Source of the DNA: an uncultured Gemmatimonadales bacterium
GTDB lineage: Bacteria > Gemmatimonadota > Gemmatimonadetes > Longimicrobiales > Gaopeijiaceae
Direction: 5' to 3'
Assembly (NCBI GenBank): GCA_963823035.1
Contig: CAWGKG010000012.1
Coordinates: forward strand, 32,001 to 96,000
DNA: 64,000 bases
The position numbers and the translations under genes are program-made. This document shows, piece after piece, positions 48,532-60,692 of this stretch. The notes under the pieces were generated by a model. That model had not been told where the DNA came from. It did not search any database and was given only the letters and a program-made list of their open reading frames with translations. The first letter of the stretch is position 1, and each line of letters begins with the position of its first letter.

Positions 48532-50012
48532 ATGACCGACAGCACCGACCTGACCACCGCCCTGGAGCGCCTGCCCGGCGCCAGCATCATGGTGCATCGG
48601 CGACCTGATGCTCGACCGCTTCGTCTATGGCGAGGTCGAGCGCATCTCGCCGGAGGCGCCGATGCCGGTGCTGCGCGTCGGCAGCGAGGAGGCCATGCTG
48701 GGCGGCGCCGGCAATGTGGTGCGCAACCTGGTGGCGCTCGGGCCGGTGCCTGCTTCGTCAGCCGTGGTCGGCGACGACCAGACCGGCCGCGACCTGATCG
48801 CCATGGTCGGCCGAGGAGCAGAACATCGAGCCCTACCTGCTGGTCGAGCGCGGCCGCCGCTCCACGATCAAGGTGCGCTATGTCGCCGGCAGCCAGCAGT
48901 TGCTGCGCACCGACCGCGAGACCGAGCGGCCGGTCGACCAGGCGACCCGCGAGCGCATCGTCGATATCGTCGCCAGCGGGCTCGACGGCATCGACGCCCT
49001 GATCCTCTCCGATTACGCCAAGGGCGTGCTGAGCCGGAGCGTTGTCGAGGCCGTCATCGGGGCCGCGCGCGACGCCGGCGTGCCCGTGGTGGTCGATCCC
49101 AAGGGCGCGCGATTTCGCGCGCTATCGCGGCGCCACGGTGCTGACGCCGAACCGCGCGCGAACTGGCCGTAGCCACCCGCATGATGGCCGAGACCGACGA
49201 CGGAGGTGGTCGGGCCGCCGCCCAGCGCGCGATCGGCGAATGCGGCTGCCGAGGCGATCCTGGTGACGCGCGGCGGCGACGGCATGTCGCTGGTCGCCGC
49301 CGACGGCAGCGGTCGAGTCATCTCGGAGGCCGAGGCGCGCGAGGTGTTCGACGTCTCCGGCGCCGGCGACACGGTCGTCGCGACCTTCGCCGCCGCGCTC
49401 GGCGCGCGGCCTCTCCGCCGCCGATGCGGCGCGGCTGGCCAACTTCGCCGGCGGCATCGTGGTCGGCAAGACCGGCACCGCCGTCGTCATATCCGACGAT
49501 CTGGGCCGCGCCATGCGCGAGCAGCGGCTGCAACGCCAACGAGGACAAGATCCACGCGCCCGGCGTCGCTGCTGGACCAGGCCGAGCGCTGGCGCGGCCA
49601 GGGCCGGCAGGTCGGCTTCACCAACGGCTGCTTCGACCTGCTGCACCCTGGCCACGTCTCGCTGCTGCGCCAGGCGCGCGCACGCTGCGACCGGCTGGTG
49701 GTCGGCCTCAACAGCGACGCCTCGGTCGGCCGCGCTGAAGGGCGCGAGCCGGCCGCATGCAGGACGAGAATCGCGCGCGCGCAGGTGCTCGCCTCGCTGG
49801 CCGACGTCGACGCGGTGGTGATCTTCGACGAGGACACGCCGCTCGGCCTGATCGAGCGGCTGCGGCCTGACGTGCTGGTCAAGGGCGCCGACTACACCGA
49901 GGAACAGGTGGTCGGCGCGGAGGTAGTACAGGCGTATGGCGGCGAGGTCGTTCTCGCCGAACTGGCGGACGGCCACAGCACCACCGCAACGATTTCGCGG
50001 CTCGCGACGTGA
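48532..50012 (+). CDS. hldE: Bifunctional heptose-7-phosphate kinase / heptose-1-phosphate adenylyltransferase, frameshifted
   Basis: [51 protein letters not shown]. Confidence 0.95.
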
Positions 50013-50066
50013 CGGCGTGCTGGCCGTCGGGACCTCGATCGCGGGCCGCTCGCGCGGCCCGGCGGG

Positions 50067-50246
50067 TCAGTTCACGTGAAGTTCGCCCGACATCAGGGCC
50101 ATCTCTTCCTTGACTTTGAGTTTCTCACGCTTGAGTTCGGTGAGGTGTGCTTGATCGGGCATGGGCCGATGATTCTCGTCGTCGATCTGCTGCTCGAGCG
50201 CAGCGTGATGAGCTTCGAGACCTGCCAAATCAGCGTGTTGGGCCAT
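50067..50246 (-). CDS. YdcH/DUF465 small protein (59 aa, not in ORF track)
   Basis: GGAGG RBS; MAQHADLAGLEAHHAALEQQIDDENHRPMPDQAHLTELKREKLKVKEEM. Confidence 0.85.
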   Translation of the reverse strand: MAQHADLAGLEAHHAALEQQIDDENHRPMPDQAHLTELKREKLKVKEEMALMSGELHVN

Positions 50247-50361
50247 TCTATGCCTCCGGATTATGGTTCACCCTCCGCGAGCCAGGGGTCCACGGTGATC
50301 CGTCGGCGTAACGCCGGCGAAGCCCGGCTCGACAATTTCAATATAGGGAGGTCCGGCGGCC

Positions 50362-50949
50362 ATGACGACCCCTGACAGGCTGATTGTCGGAATCAGCGGT
50401 GCATCGGGCGTGATCTATGGGGTGCGCCTGCTCGAGGCGCTGAAGCCGCTGGCGATCGAGACCCACCTCGTCATGACCAGGACCGCCGACCTGACGCTGG
50501 CCTACGAGACCGACCGCAAGCCGGCCGACGTGCGGGCGCTGGCCGATGTCGTTTACCCGATCGGCGATCTCGGCGCGGCACCGTCGAGCGGCTCGTTCCG
50601 CACGCTGGGCATGGTCGTGGCGCCCTGCTCGATCCGCAGCATGTCGGAGATCGCCACCGGCGTGACCTCGAACCTGCTGACCCGCGCCGCCGACGTCACC
50701 CTGAAGGAGCGCCGGCGCCTTGTCCTGATGGTGCGCGAGACCCCGCTCCACACCGGCCACCTCGAGACCATGCTGGCGCTCTCGGAGATGGGCGCGGTGA
50801 TCGCCCCGCCCGTGCCCGCCTTCTACGCCCGGCCGGAAAATCTGGACGCGATGGTCGACCAGAGCGTGGGACGCATCCTCGATCTGTTCCAGATCGATAC
50901 GGACCTTGTCCAACGGTGGGACAGGCTGCGCCAGAAAGACGACGGCTAG
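50362..50949 (+). CDS. ubiX: Flavin prenyltransferase UbiX
   Basis: VGISGASG, SSGSF, APCS, RAADVTLKERRRLVLMVRETP, PPVPAFY. Confidence 0.95.
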   Translation: MTTPDRLIVGISGASGVIYGVRLLEALKPLAIETHLVMTRTADLTLAYETDRKPADVRALADVVYPIGDLGAAPSSGSFRTLGMVVAPCSIRSMSEIATGVTSNLLTRAADVTLKERRRLVLMVRETPLHTGHLETMLALSEMGAVIAPPVPAFYARPENLDAMVDQSVGRILDLFQIDTDLVQRWDRLRQKDDG

Positions 50950-50961
50950 ATCGGATCGCAA

Positions 50962-51501
50962 TCAGCTCCCGGACAGGGCCGCGGCGGCCTCGTCGGGAGC
51001 CGTTCCAGGACAGGCGGCGACAATCAGGAGATGCAGGGCCTCGCGGTCGCGCTCGGCGAGCGGTGCGGGATTGAGCGCCATGACCGCGGCCAGGTTGGTC
51101 GCGACGACGGCCGGATCGGCTGCCCCCTGCTCACGGCCCGCCGCCTGCGGCGTGGCCTGCTCCAGGGTCGCCTGCTCGATCCGCTCGCCCTCGATTTCCA
51201 GCTTCAGCACCTGGCGGCGCAGGCCGTCGGCCTCATCGGACGGAACATGGGCGACACCGGCCTTCAGGGCCGTGCGCACGGCGCGCAGGGGCTCGATCGC
51301 GGCCGCGCGCCAAGGGTCGGCCATCGCGGCCAACTCCGCCGCCCTGGCGACATCGAAGGCCGGCAGGCCCAGTCCAGCGGTCCACATGGCGTAGAGCAGC
51401 AGGTTGACATCGGCACCGCGGGCATCCTGCAGGTGGATGACCGACGATTGCACGCCGTCGCGGCCGTAGACGTCGAGGGTGAAGGTCCAGAAGGCTGACA
51501 T
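50962..51501 (-). CDS. TIGR02444 family protein
   Basis: FWTFTLDVY...GV....LQD..GADVNLLL, PLRAVR, ELE-like EIEGERIEQ. Confidence 0.85.
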   Translation of the reverse strand: MSAFWTFTLDVYGRDGVQSSVIHLQDARGADVNLLLYAMWTAGLGLPAFDVARAAELAAMADPWRAAAIEPLRAVRTALKAGVAHVPSDEADGLRRQVLKLEIEGERIEQATLEQATPQAAGREQGAADPAVVATNLAAVMALNPAPLAERDREALHLLIVAACPGTAPDEAAAALSGS

Positions 51502-51536
51502 GCTCGGGCTCCCGTCGCGGTGGACGGCGCGCAAGC

Positions 51537-52274
51537 TCAAGCGGCGTTGCCGCGCCTCTTTTGCACGTACATCGCCTTGTCCGCCTTGGCCAGCGCGCTG
51601 GTCGCGTCGTCCTCGGGATGGAAGGCGTGGACGCCGAAGGAGACCGAGACGAAGATGTACTCGCCATCGATCACGATCGGCTTGCCCTCCGAGGTGATCG
51701 GCGTCGCGCCGATCTCCTGGGCCAGGCGGGTTGCCTTGCCGATCGCGCCCTCGCGGTCCGAATTGGGCATGATCAGGCCGAATTCGTCGCCGCCCAGGCG
51801 CCCGATCAGGTCGGAATTCCTCACCCGTTTCAGCAGGATCGTCGCGACGTGCAGCAGGGCTGCGTCGCCGATCGCGTGACCGTAGCGGTCATTGATCTGC
51901 TTCATCTTGTTGAGATCGAAGTAGACGACGCTGCTTTCGATCTTGTGGCGCGAGGAATAGGCGATCGTGCGGCCCAGTTCGCGCATGAAGGCACGGCGGT
52001 TTGCAACCGGCGCGAGAGCATCCTGGTCGGCCAGCCGCTCCAGATACTCGATGCGCGAGCGCGTCTCGCCGAGCTCGATGCGCAGGCGCTCCAACTCGTC
52101 GAGCAGGCGGATGATGGCCGTGCGCACCCGCGGCGTCATCTCCTCGGGTGGGATTCCGATGGCGCGCGACATTTCGTCGGCCGTCGCATCCAGTCGCGAC
52201 GGCTCCACGGCGCTGACGCCGTGCGCCATCGCCGTCTCACCCGTTGCGAGGAAATCGTTCTCAGCCACGCTCAT
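51537..52274 (-). CDS. GGDEF diguanylate cyclase with N-terminal coiled coil
   Basis: [13 protein letters not shown]...NRRAF, IND.YGH..GD, RNSD I-site, [14 protein letters not shown]. Confidence 0.92.
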   Translation of the reverse strand: MSVAENDFLATGETAMAHGVSAVEPSRLDATADEMSRAIGIPPEEMTPRVRTAIIRLLDELERLRIELGETRSRIEYLERLADQDALAPVANRRAFMRELGRTIAYSSRHKIESSVVYFDLNKMKQINDRYGHAIGDAALLHVATILLKRVRNSDLIGRLGGDEFGLIMPNSDREGAIGKATRLAQEIGATPITSEGKPIVIDGEYIFVSVSFGVHAFHPEDDATSALAKADKAMYVQKRRGNAA

Positions 52275-52492
52275 GCTTCTCCGTGTACCCATGCCCGCTC
52301 GATCTGGCTGCGGCGACCGACGTCGCCTTGTCCGGGCCATTGCAATTGCCCAGGAGACAAGCAAGCCACGTGCCATGGGCGGTGGATAAGCGGGCTCTGC
52401 CTCTGCGGCGCGGCCCGCACCAGCGCGCGCTTGAGCTTCGTGCCGCGAAACACCATGATGGCCGCCTTTTTTCGCACCTGCGGGAGCACGCG

Positions 52493-52986
52493 ATGTCCTC
52501 ACCTGTGGTCGGCGTCATCATGGGCAGCCAGTCCGACTGGGAAACCATGCGCCATGCCGCCGAGACCCTGGAGGCGCTGGGCGTCGCCCACGAGGTCCGC
52601 ATCGTCTCGGCGCACCGCACGCCCGACCGCATGATCGCCTATGCCGAAGCGGCCCGCGGGCGCGGCCTGCAGGTCGATCATCGCCGGTGCCGGCGGCGCC
52701 GCGCACCTGCCCGGCATGACCGCGGCCAAGACGCCGCTGCCGGTGCTCGGCGTGCCGATCGAGAGCCAGGCGCTGAAGGGCATGGACAGCCTGATGTCGA
52801 TCGTCCAGATGCCGGCCGGCATCCCGGTCGGCACGCTGGCGATCGGACGCGCCGGCGCGGTCAACGCCGCCCTGCTGGCCGCCGCCATCGTGGCGCTCGA
52901 CGACACGGCCGTGGCGGCGGCGCTCGACGCCTTCCGCGCTCGCCAGACCGAGGGCGTCGCCGAAGCGCCCGTCGATCGCCGCCTGA
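52493..52986 (+). CDS. purE: N5-CAIR mutase, frameshifted
   Basis: [41 protein letters not shown]. Confidence 0.97.
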
Positions 52987-52990
52987 GCCC

Positions 52991-54078
52991 GTGGCCCAGG
53001 ACGCACGTATCGTCGCGCCGGGCGGCACCATCGGCATCGTCGGCGGCGGCCAGCTCGGCCGCATGACGGCGCTGGCGGCGGCCGCGCTGGGCTATCGCTG
53101 CCACATCTTCTGCCCCGAGGCGGACAGCCCCGCGGCGCAGGTCGCCGCGGCGGCGACCGTCGCGCCCTACGAGGACGACCGACGCGCTGGACCGCTTCGC
53201 GCAGGCTGTGGACGTCGTCACCTACGAGTTCGAGAACCTGCCGACCGCCTCCTTCGCCCGCATGGGTGCGGTCGTGCCCGTGCGGCCTCACTGGCGCTGC
53301 CTGGAGACGACCCAGCATCGGGTCACGGAAAAGGACTTCGTCAACGGCCAGGGCATCCCCACCACGCCCTATCGGCGTGTCGGCGGGCCGCAGGAGCTGG
53401 CCGCGGCGCTCGCCGCACTGGGCCGCCCCGCGGTGCTCAAGACCACGCGCCTGGGCTACGACGGCAAGGGCCAGGTCATGATCGGCCCGGACGACGATCC
53501 GACTGCCGCCTGGGCCGCCATGAACGGCCCCGAGGGCATCCTGGAGGGCTTCGTCGCCTTCGAGCGCGAGGTCTCCGCGATCGTCGCCCGCGGGCTGGAC
53601 GGCGCTACCGCCGCCTTCGACGTGGTCGAGAACGTCCACCGCAACCACATCCTTGCAGAGACCCTGGCGCCGGCTCCGATCGGATCCGACGTCGCGGCCC
53701 GGGCGAAGGAAATTTCCCAGCAACTGGCCGATGCCCTTGACCTCGTCGGCCTGCTCGCGGTCGAGATGTTCCTGACCGCCGACGGCGAACTGCTGGTCAA
53801 CGAGCTCGCCGCCCGGCCCCACAACTCGGGCCACTGGACGATCGACGCCTGCGTCAGCAGCCAGTTCGAGCAGTTCGTCCGCGCGGTCTGCCGGGCTGCC
53901 CCTGGGCGATCCCGCGCGCCACAGCGATGCCGTGATGAAGAACCTGCTGGGCGACGCCATCACAGCCTGGCCCCGGATCCTCGCCGAGCCTTGCGCCAAG
54001 CTCCATCTCTACGGCAAGGCCCAGGCCCGGCCCGGCCGCAAGATGGGTCACGTCACGCGGCTGTTCCCGAAGAGCTGA
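52991..54078 (+). CDS. purK: N5-CAIR synthase, frameshifted
   Basis: [38 protein letters not shown]...RPGRKMGH. Confidence 0.96.
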
Positions 54079-54745
54079 GAGAACCGGAGCGGGCTCGCCG
54101 TCGCGCTAGGGCACGCGTCAGTAATCCTTCTGGATCCGGTAGATAGCGCCCGAAGCGGCCACGCAGCTTCTGGATCTGCATGACGTCGCCGATGCGCCGG
54201 TCGAGGAAGGCCCAGGTGGCCTCCAGATCGTCCGATTTGTCATTCAACCAAAACATCAGAGTTGATACGTAAACTCCTGATAGTAATAATCTCTTGGTGT
54301 AGAAATTGAAGTCCGTTGCGGTGTCGCCGGCGGCACGCCACATGGCGTCGACCGTGCGGTACAAACTCTTCAGTCCGCCCGGCCCGTTCTGCGGCAGGGC
54401 CTGCACGGCAAGCGCGCGCCGGATCGCCTCGCGATGGGGCGCCTGCTGCTCCAGCCGAACCCTGACCGCGGTCGCGATGCGGTCGCGGATCTTCATGTTG
54501 CCGAGGTCGCGGCGGGCGAGTTCCGCCTCCATCGCCCGGTCGGCTTCGGCAACGAACAGGGCAACCGCCTCGTCGGCCCCGCCGGGGAACAGGCGCTGGA
54601 CATCGGCGAGGTCCATGTCAAGGTCGGCCGCACCGGCGCGTAGCGCGGCGACCGTCCAGCCGTCGAAGGGGACATGGGCCAGGGTCGCATCGAGCAGGCG
54701 CCGGCGTGCCGCATCGCGACGCACTGTGGGATTTTTCCCCGTCAT
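54053..54745 (-). CDS. COQ9 family (rpsU-divergently-transcribed) protein
   Basis: [48 protein letters not shown]; 3' end uncertain. Confidence 0.9.
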   Translation of the reverse strand: MTGKNPTVRRDAARRRLLDATLAHVPFDGWTVAALRAGAADLDMDLADVQRLFPGGADEAVALFVAEADRAMEAELARRDLGNMKIRDRIATAVRVRLEQQAPHREAIRRALAVQALPQNGPGGLKSLYRTVDAMWRAAGDTATDFNFYTKRLLLSGVYVSTLMFWLNDKSDDLEATWAFLDRRIGDVMQIQKLRGRFGRYLPDPEGLLTRALARRRARSGSLSSSGTAA

Positions 54746-55281
54746 TCCAAAGCCTCCTCGGCGTCCTCGTTGCCGGCGCGGTGATGCCAGCGCATCTCCG
54801 TATCGAAGATCAGCTGGCCAAGGTCGTTCATCCGCTGCGGGTAGAGGATTCCGTCGAGATGGTCGAACTCGTGCTGGACGACCACGGCGTGGAACCCCTC
54901 GACCGTGCGGTCGACCGGATCGCCCGCGGGCGTCGTCCCGGTATAGCGCAGGCGCGGCGCGCGCGGCACCATGCCGCGCAGGCCGGGCACCGAGAGGCAG
55001 CCCTCCCAGCCCTCGACCCGCTCGTCGGTCAGCAGCTCGACCACGGGATTGACGATGGCGGTGATGCCCGTGTGGTCCGGGTCGTCCGGCGTGATGAAGA
55101 CGACGACGCGCAGCGGCACATGAACCTGCGGCGCGGCGAGACCCCGGCCGTTGGCGTCGTACATGGTCTCGACCATGTCGATGACCAGGTCGCGGATCTC
55201 CGGCGCGGTCGGGTCCTCGACCTCATGCGCCCGCTGCGCCAGCACCGGGTGGCCCATCCTGGCGATCTTGAGAATGGCCAT
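54742..55281 (-). CDS. def: Peptide deformylase
   Basis: MAILKIARMGHPVL, G.GLAAPQ, EGCLSVPG, QHEFDHLDG. Confidence 0.95.
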   Translation of the reverse strand: MAILKIARMGHPVLAQRAHEVEDPTAPEIRDLVIDMVETMYDANGRGLAAPQVHVPLRVVVFITPDDPDHTGITAIVNPVVELLTDERVEGWEGCLSVPGLRGMVPRAPRLRYTGTTPAGDPVDRTVEGFHAVVVQHEFDHLDGILYPQRMNDLGQLIFDTEMRWHHRAGNEDAEEALE

Positions 55282-55290
55282 CGCGCGGTC

Positions 55291-56173
55291 CTAGCCGTGC
55301 ACCATGTCGCAGCCGTGGTAGCGCATGCCGAAGCCGTCGCCGCGGCCGAAGATGTGCCCGAACGAGGGGGCGGGAAAGTGCTGGGTCATCATCAGAATGT
55401 CGGTTTCCGCCACCGATTCGAGGAAGCGACGCCTGCGTGCGCGCGCCCTCGGCCGGGTCGGCGTCGTAGATGGGGCTCCATTCCGGATGGGGCAATTGCA
55501 CGGGCGAATGGATGAGGTCGCCCGACATCACGGCGCGCTGCCCGTTCGACGCGAGGTGGATGGCGACATGGCCGGGCGTGTGACCATGGGTCGGCTCCAG
55601 CCAGAGCTGGTCGTTGACGGCATGATCGGCCTCGACGATCTCGGCCAGGCCCGCCTCCAGCACCGGCAGCACGCTTTCCTCGTAGATCGATTCGCCCTCG
55701 CGGCCGAGCGCCTCGCAGGCGGCGACCTCCTTCCTGGCGAAGATGTAGCGCGCGTTGGGGAAGCTCGGGACCCAGCGACCGTCGAGCAGGCGCGTGTTCC
55801 AGCCGGCATGGTCGACGTGCAGGTGACTGCACATGACGATGTCGATCTCCTCGGGCGCGACCCCGGCCGCGGCGATGTCCTCCAGCAGGGTGTATTCGGT
55901 GTGCTGGTGATACTCCGGCATGTTCGGGTGGTTCTTGTGGTTGCCCACACAGGTGTCGAGCAGGATGTTGTGGTGCCTGGTCCTCACCAGATAGGTCTGG
56001 ACCGGCATCAGGAGCTGGCCGGTTGCGGGGTCGAGCGCGGCGGGCTCCAGCCAGTGGCGATAGGGCGCGATCGCCTCCGGCGTCGCGTCCGGGAAGACCT
56101 CGTGGGGCATCCCCGAAAGGCCGAACGATTCGACCACGGTCTGGATTTCGATCTCGCCCACCGCCAGCGCCAT
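55291..56173 (-). CDS. MBL-fold metallo-hydrolase, frameshift near 3' end
   Basis: [32 protein letters not shown]. Confidence 0.9.
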
Positions 56174-56395
56174 GTCCAGTCTCCTTCTCATTCGGTTCGC
56201 CCCGACAGATTGGTCGAGCCGACGGGCGATGTCACGCGCCGGCCCCCCGAAGCGGCCGACGGGGTGCGGGTCGAACGGGGAAGCGACTCCGGGCACCCGG
56301 CCTCGTCGACCCGCGGCGCCCGGCGCCCCGTCCGGCGCGTCGTGCCGCCCTCGCCCGCGGAGTCGCACAACATGTGCCCCGGGACCTCGATCCGC

Positions 56396-56424
56396 TTCAC
56401 ACGGCCGGGGCGACGTGCTAAGAG
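56396..56424 (+). promoter_or_regulatory. Candidate sigma70 promoter of rpsU
   Basis: TTCACA-N17-TAAGAG with TG upstream of the -10. Confidence 0.45.
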
Positions 56425-56497
56425 CCGCGTCCCCGGGCGGAGATCGCCTGAAGCAATTCGGCCAAAGAATGGCCATCGAGATCACGGGAGAAGTACC

Positions 56498-56710
56498 ATC
56501 GTCCAGGTCACCGTACGCGACAACAATGTCGATCAGGCCCTGCGCGCGCTGAAGAAGAAGCTGCAGCGCGAGGGCGTCTATCGTGAAATGAAGCTGCGCC
56601 GGCACTTCGAGAAACCGTCGGAGAAGAAAAAGCGGGAGCGGGCCGAAGCCGTGCGCCGCGCGCGCAAGCTCGCCCGCAAGCGGGCGATCCGCGAAGGCAG
56701 CAACGACTAG
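56498..56710 (+). CDS. rpsU: 30S ribosomal protein S21
   Basis: [50 protein letters not shown] followed by ATC, no canonical start. Confidence 0.95.
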   Translation: MVQVTVRDNNVDQALRALKKKLQREGVYREMKLRRHFEKPSEKKKRERAEAVRRARKLARKRAIREGSND

Positions 56711-56738
56711 CTTCGCCTGACCGTTATCCCGACCTGGC

Positions 56739-56766
56739 CGGCGGATGCGCGAACGTGCATCCGCCG
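56739..56766. terminator. Hairpin terminator between convergent rpsU and pntB
   Basis: CGGCGGATGC...GCATCCGCCG stem. Confidence 0.6.
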
Positions 56767-56786
56767 CTTGGCGTTGGGGCTCGTCC

Positions 56787-58189
<1,403 letters not shown>

Positions 58190-58195
<6 letters not shown>

Positions 58196-58507
58196 GCACT
58201 GGCCTGCCCCTGGCGCTCCTTCTTCCTGAACATCTGCAGCATGCGCTGGGTCACCGTGAAGCCGCCGAAGATGTTGACCGCGGCGAGCGTCACCGCGATG
58301 AAGCCCAGGATCTTCGAGATGCTGCACGTCGGCCGGGCCGGCGGCGATCAGCGCGCCGACGATGATGACGCTGGAGATCGCGTTGGTGACCGCCATCAGC
58401 GGCGTATGCAGCGCCGGCGTGACGCTCCACACCACGTAATAGCCGACGAAGACGGCCAGCACGAAGATGGTGAGCCGGAAGACGAAGGGATCGACCGCAA
58501 CTTCCAT
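58190..58507 (-). CDS. pntA: NAD(P) transhydrogenase subunit alpha part 2
   Basis: [36 protein letters not shown]; 3' end approximate. Confidence 0.93.
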
Positions 58508-58529
58508 CGATAGCGCCTCCCTTGGCCGG

Positions 58530-59678
58530 TCAGCATGCCGGGTGGACGAGCGTCGCCGTCGCGCATGGCGCAGGCGCCCGGCGACGATCTCGTCCTCCCA
58601 GTCGATGGCGAGCGTCGCCGCTCTCCTTGTCGATCAAGGGCTCGAGGAAGTTGAGCAGGTTGCGGGCGTAGAGCTGGCGACGCATCCGTCGGCGAGCCGG
58701 CGCGGCACGTTGGCGAAGCCGACGATGGTGACGCCGTCGCTCTGGACCACCTTGTCCGGCTCGGTCAGCTCGCAGTTGCCGCCGCCCTCGGCCGCGAGGT
58801 CGACGATGACCGAGCCCGGCTTCATGTCGGCGACCATCTGCGCGGTGATCAGCTTGGGCGACGGCCGGCCGGGGATCTGCGCGGTGGTGATGCAGATGTC
58901 GCTGCTTCTTCAGCGCCTCGTGGATCAGCCTCGGCCTGGCGTCGCTTGTAGTCCTCGTCCATCTCCTTGGCGTAGCCGCCCGCGGTCTCGGCGTCGGCCG
59001 CGCCCTCGACCTCGACGAAGCTGGCGCCCAGGCTCTCGACCTGCTCCTTGACCGCCGGGCGCACGTCGAAGGCGGCGACCACGCGCGCCCAGGCGGCGCG
59101 CCGTGGCGATCGCCTGCAGCCCGGCGACGCCGGCGCCCAGGATCAGCACCTTGGCGGGCGCCAGGGTGCCGGCCGCCGTCATCATCATCGGCATGGCGCG
59201 CTTGTAGTAGATGCCGGCGTCCAGCACCGCCTTGTAGCCGGCCAGGTTCGCCTGGGACGACAGCGCGTCCATCGACTGGGCCCGGCTGATGCGCGGCACC
59301 AGCTCCATGGCGAAGCACCGTCAGGCGCCTGGTCGCGTAGGCCTCGAACTGCTGGGGCTGGCCGAACGGGTTGATCAGGCCGACCAGGGCGGCCCCCTCG
59401 GGAATCAGCGCCAACTCGTCGATCCGCCTTCGCCGGGCGAGCAGCGGCCGCCGCACCTTCAGCACCAAGTCGGCACCGGCGAGCACCGCCGCCGCGATCG
59501 GCGGCGATCGTCGCGCCGGCCGCGGCCAAAGGCCTCGTCGGACACCCCGGAGGCGACGCCCGCGTCCGCCTCGACGGCGATCTCCACGCCGGACGCGACG
59601 AGCTTCTTCACCATGTCGGGAGAAGCGGCGACCCGTGCCTCGCCGGGCCGCCGCTCCTTCGGACATCGCAATTCGCAT
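58530..59678 (-). CDS. pntA: NAD(P) transhydrogenase subunit alpha part 1, frameshifted
   Basis: PKE...[54 protein letters not shown]. Confidence 0.95.
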   Translation of the reverse strand: MRIAMSEGAAARRGTGRRFSRHGEEARRVRRGDRRRGGRGRRLRGVRRGLWPRPARRSPPIAAAVLAGADLVLKVRRPLLARRRRIDELALIPEGAALVGLINPFGQPQQFEAYATRRLTVLRHGAGAAHQPGPVDGRAVVPGEPGRLQGGAGRRHLLQARHADDDDGGRHPGARQGADPGRRRRRAAGDRHGAPPGRAWSPPSTCARRSRSRSRAWAPASSRSRARPTPRPRAATPRRWTRTTSDARPRLIHEALKKQRHLHHHRADPRPAVAQADHRADGRRHEAGLGHRRPRGRGRRQLRADRAGQGGPERRRHHRRLRQRAAPARRRMRRQLYARNLLNFLEPLIDKESGDARHRLGGRDRRRAPAPCATATLVHPAC

Positions 59679-59827
59679 GATCGTATCCCGATTGGTCGCG
59701 CCGATTGTCGCGCCGCAACATGGCGGAATAAGGCCGAATTGTGAAGGGCGTCCGCACGCCGCGGCCCGGCCGGCGCAACAGAATTGCGCTTGCGGACTGC
59801 ACTGTTGGCGGGATCGACTCCAGATAT

Positions 59828-59843
59828 TTAACCATATGGTTAA
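59828..59843. promoter_or_regulatory. ArsR operator palindrome overlapping the start codon
   Basis: Perfect 16-bp TTAACCATATGGTTAA. Confidence 0.75.
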
Positions 59844-60213
59844 TATTCAGATCGACGGCCTCGATGCCGCCTTCCACGCGCTCGCCGACCCGACCCGGCG
59901 CGCCATCCTGGCGCGGCTCGCCCTGGGCGAGGCGCAGGTCGGCGAGCTCGCCGAACCGTTCGCGATCTCGCTGCCAGCGATCTCACGCCACCTCAAGGTG
60001 CTGGAGGGTGCCGGACTGATCCGTCGCACTGTCGAGGGCCGCGTCCACCGCCTCCAGCTTGCGCCCGAGCGACTCGCCTCGGCGCGTGACTGGATCGAGA
60101 CCTACCGCCGGCTCTGGCAGGAGCAGTTCGACCGCCTGGCCAACTATCTCGACGGCCTGCCCGAACCCCACCCCACCGACACAACAGAACCCGACGAGGA
60201 CCCCCAGCCATGA
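59836..60213 (+). CDS. ArsR/SmtB family transcriptional regulator
   Basis: LDAAFHALADPTRRAILARL, ISLPAISRHLKVLEGAGLI, W...FDRL. Confidence 0.93.
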   Translation: MVNIQIDGLDAAFHALADPTRRAILARLALGEAQVGELAEPFAISLPAISRHLKVLEGAGLIRRTVEGRVHRLQLAPERLASARDWIETYRRLWQEQFDRLANYLDGLPEPHPTDTTEPDEDPQP

Positions 60214-60669
60214 ACGATCTCTCTCCCGGCAGCCAGGAGCTGACGCTGACCCGTCGCTTCGCCCACCCACGGGCCAAGGTCTTCGAAGCCTTCATCCAGC
60301 GCGACGCCTTCGCCGCCTGGATCGGTCCCATGGGCATGCACGCCGCCAGTGCCGAGGTCGATGCCCGGCCCGGCGGCAGCTACGACATGATGCTGGTCCG
60401 CGACGACGGCCGCGAGGGCCGCCACCACGTGCGCGGCACCTATCGCGAGGTCGCTGCACCGGAGCGACTCGTCTTCACCTGGCAGTGGGTGAACGAAGAC
60501 GGACCTGGTCCGGAGACACTGGTGACGCTGACCTTCGCTGAGGCGAGCGGCGGCACCGAGCTCCGCCTCCACCACACCCTGCTGCCCAGTGTCGAGTTCG
60601 ATGGAGCGGCATCGCGGCGGCTGGGCCAGCACGCTCGACAGCCTCGAGGCCTACCTCGCAACCGCCTGA
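60210..60669 (+). CDS. SRPBCC (AHSA1-like) domain protein, frameshift near 3' end
   Basis: LTLTRRF, DARPGGSY, GTYREVAAPERLVFTW, GW...LD.L; fused to GST in the ORF track by an indel. Confidence 0.88.
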
Positions 60670-60692
60670 CCCCACAGTCCGGAGCCACGACC

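Noticed and set aside
50068..50083. parS-like TTCACGTGAA
   Set aside because: Only the 10-bp core matches; flanks do not, it is a single copy, and it lies in the coding end of DUF465.
52381..52389. DnaA-box-like GGTGGATAA / origin
   Set aside because: Single mismatched box with no cluster or unwinding element.
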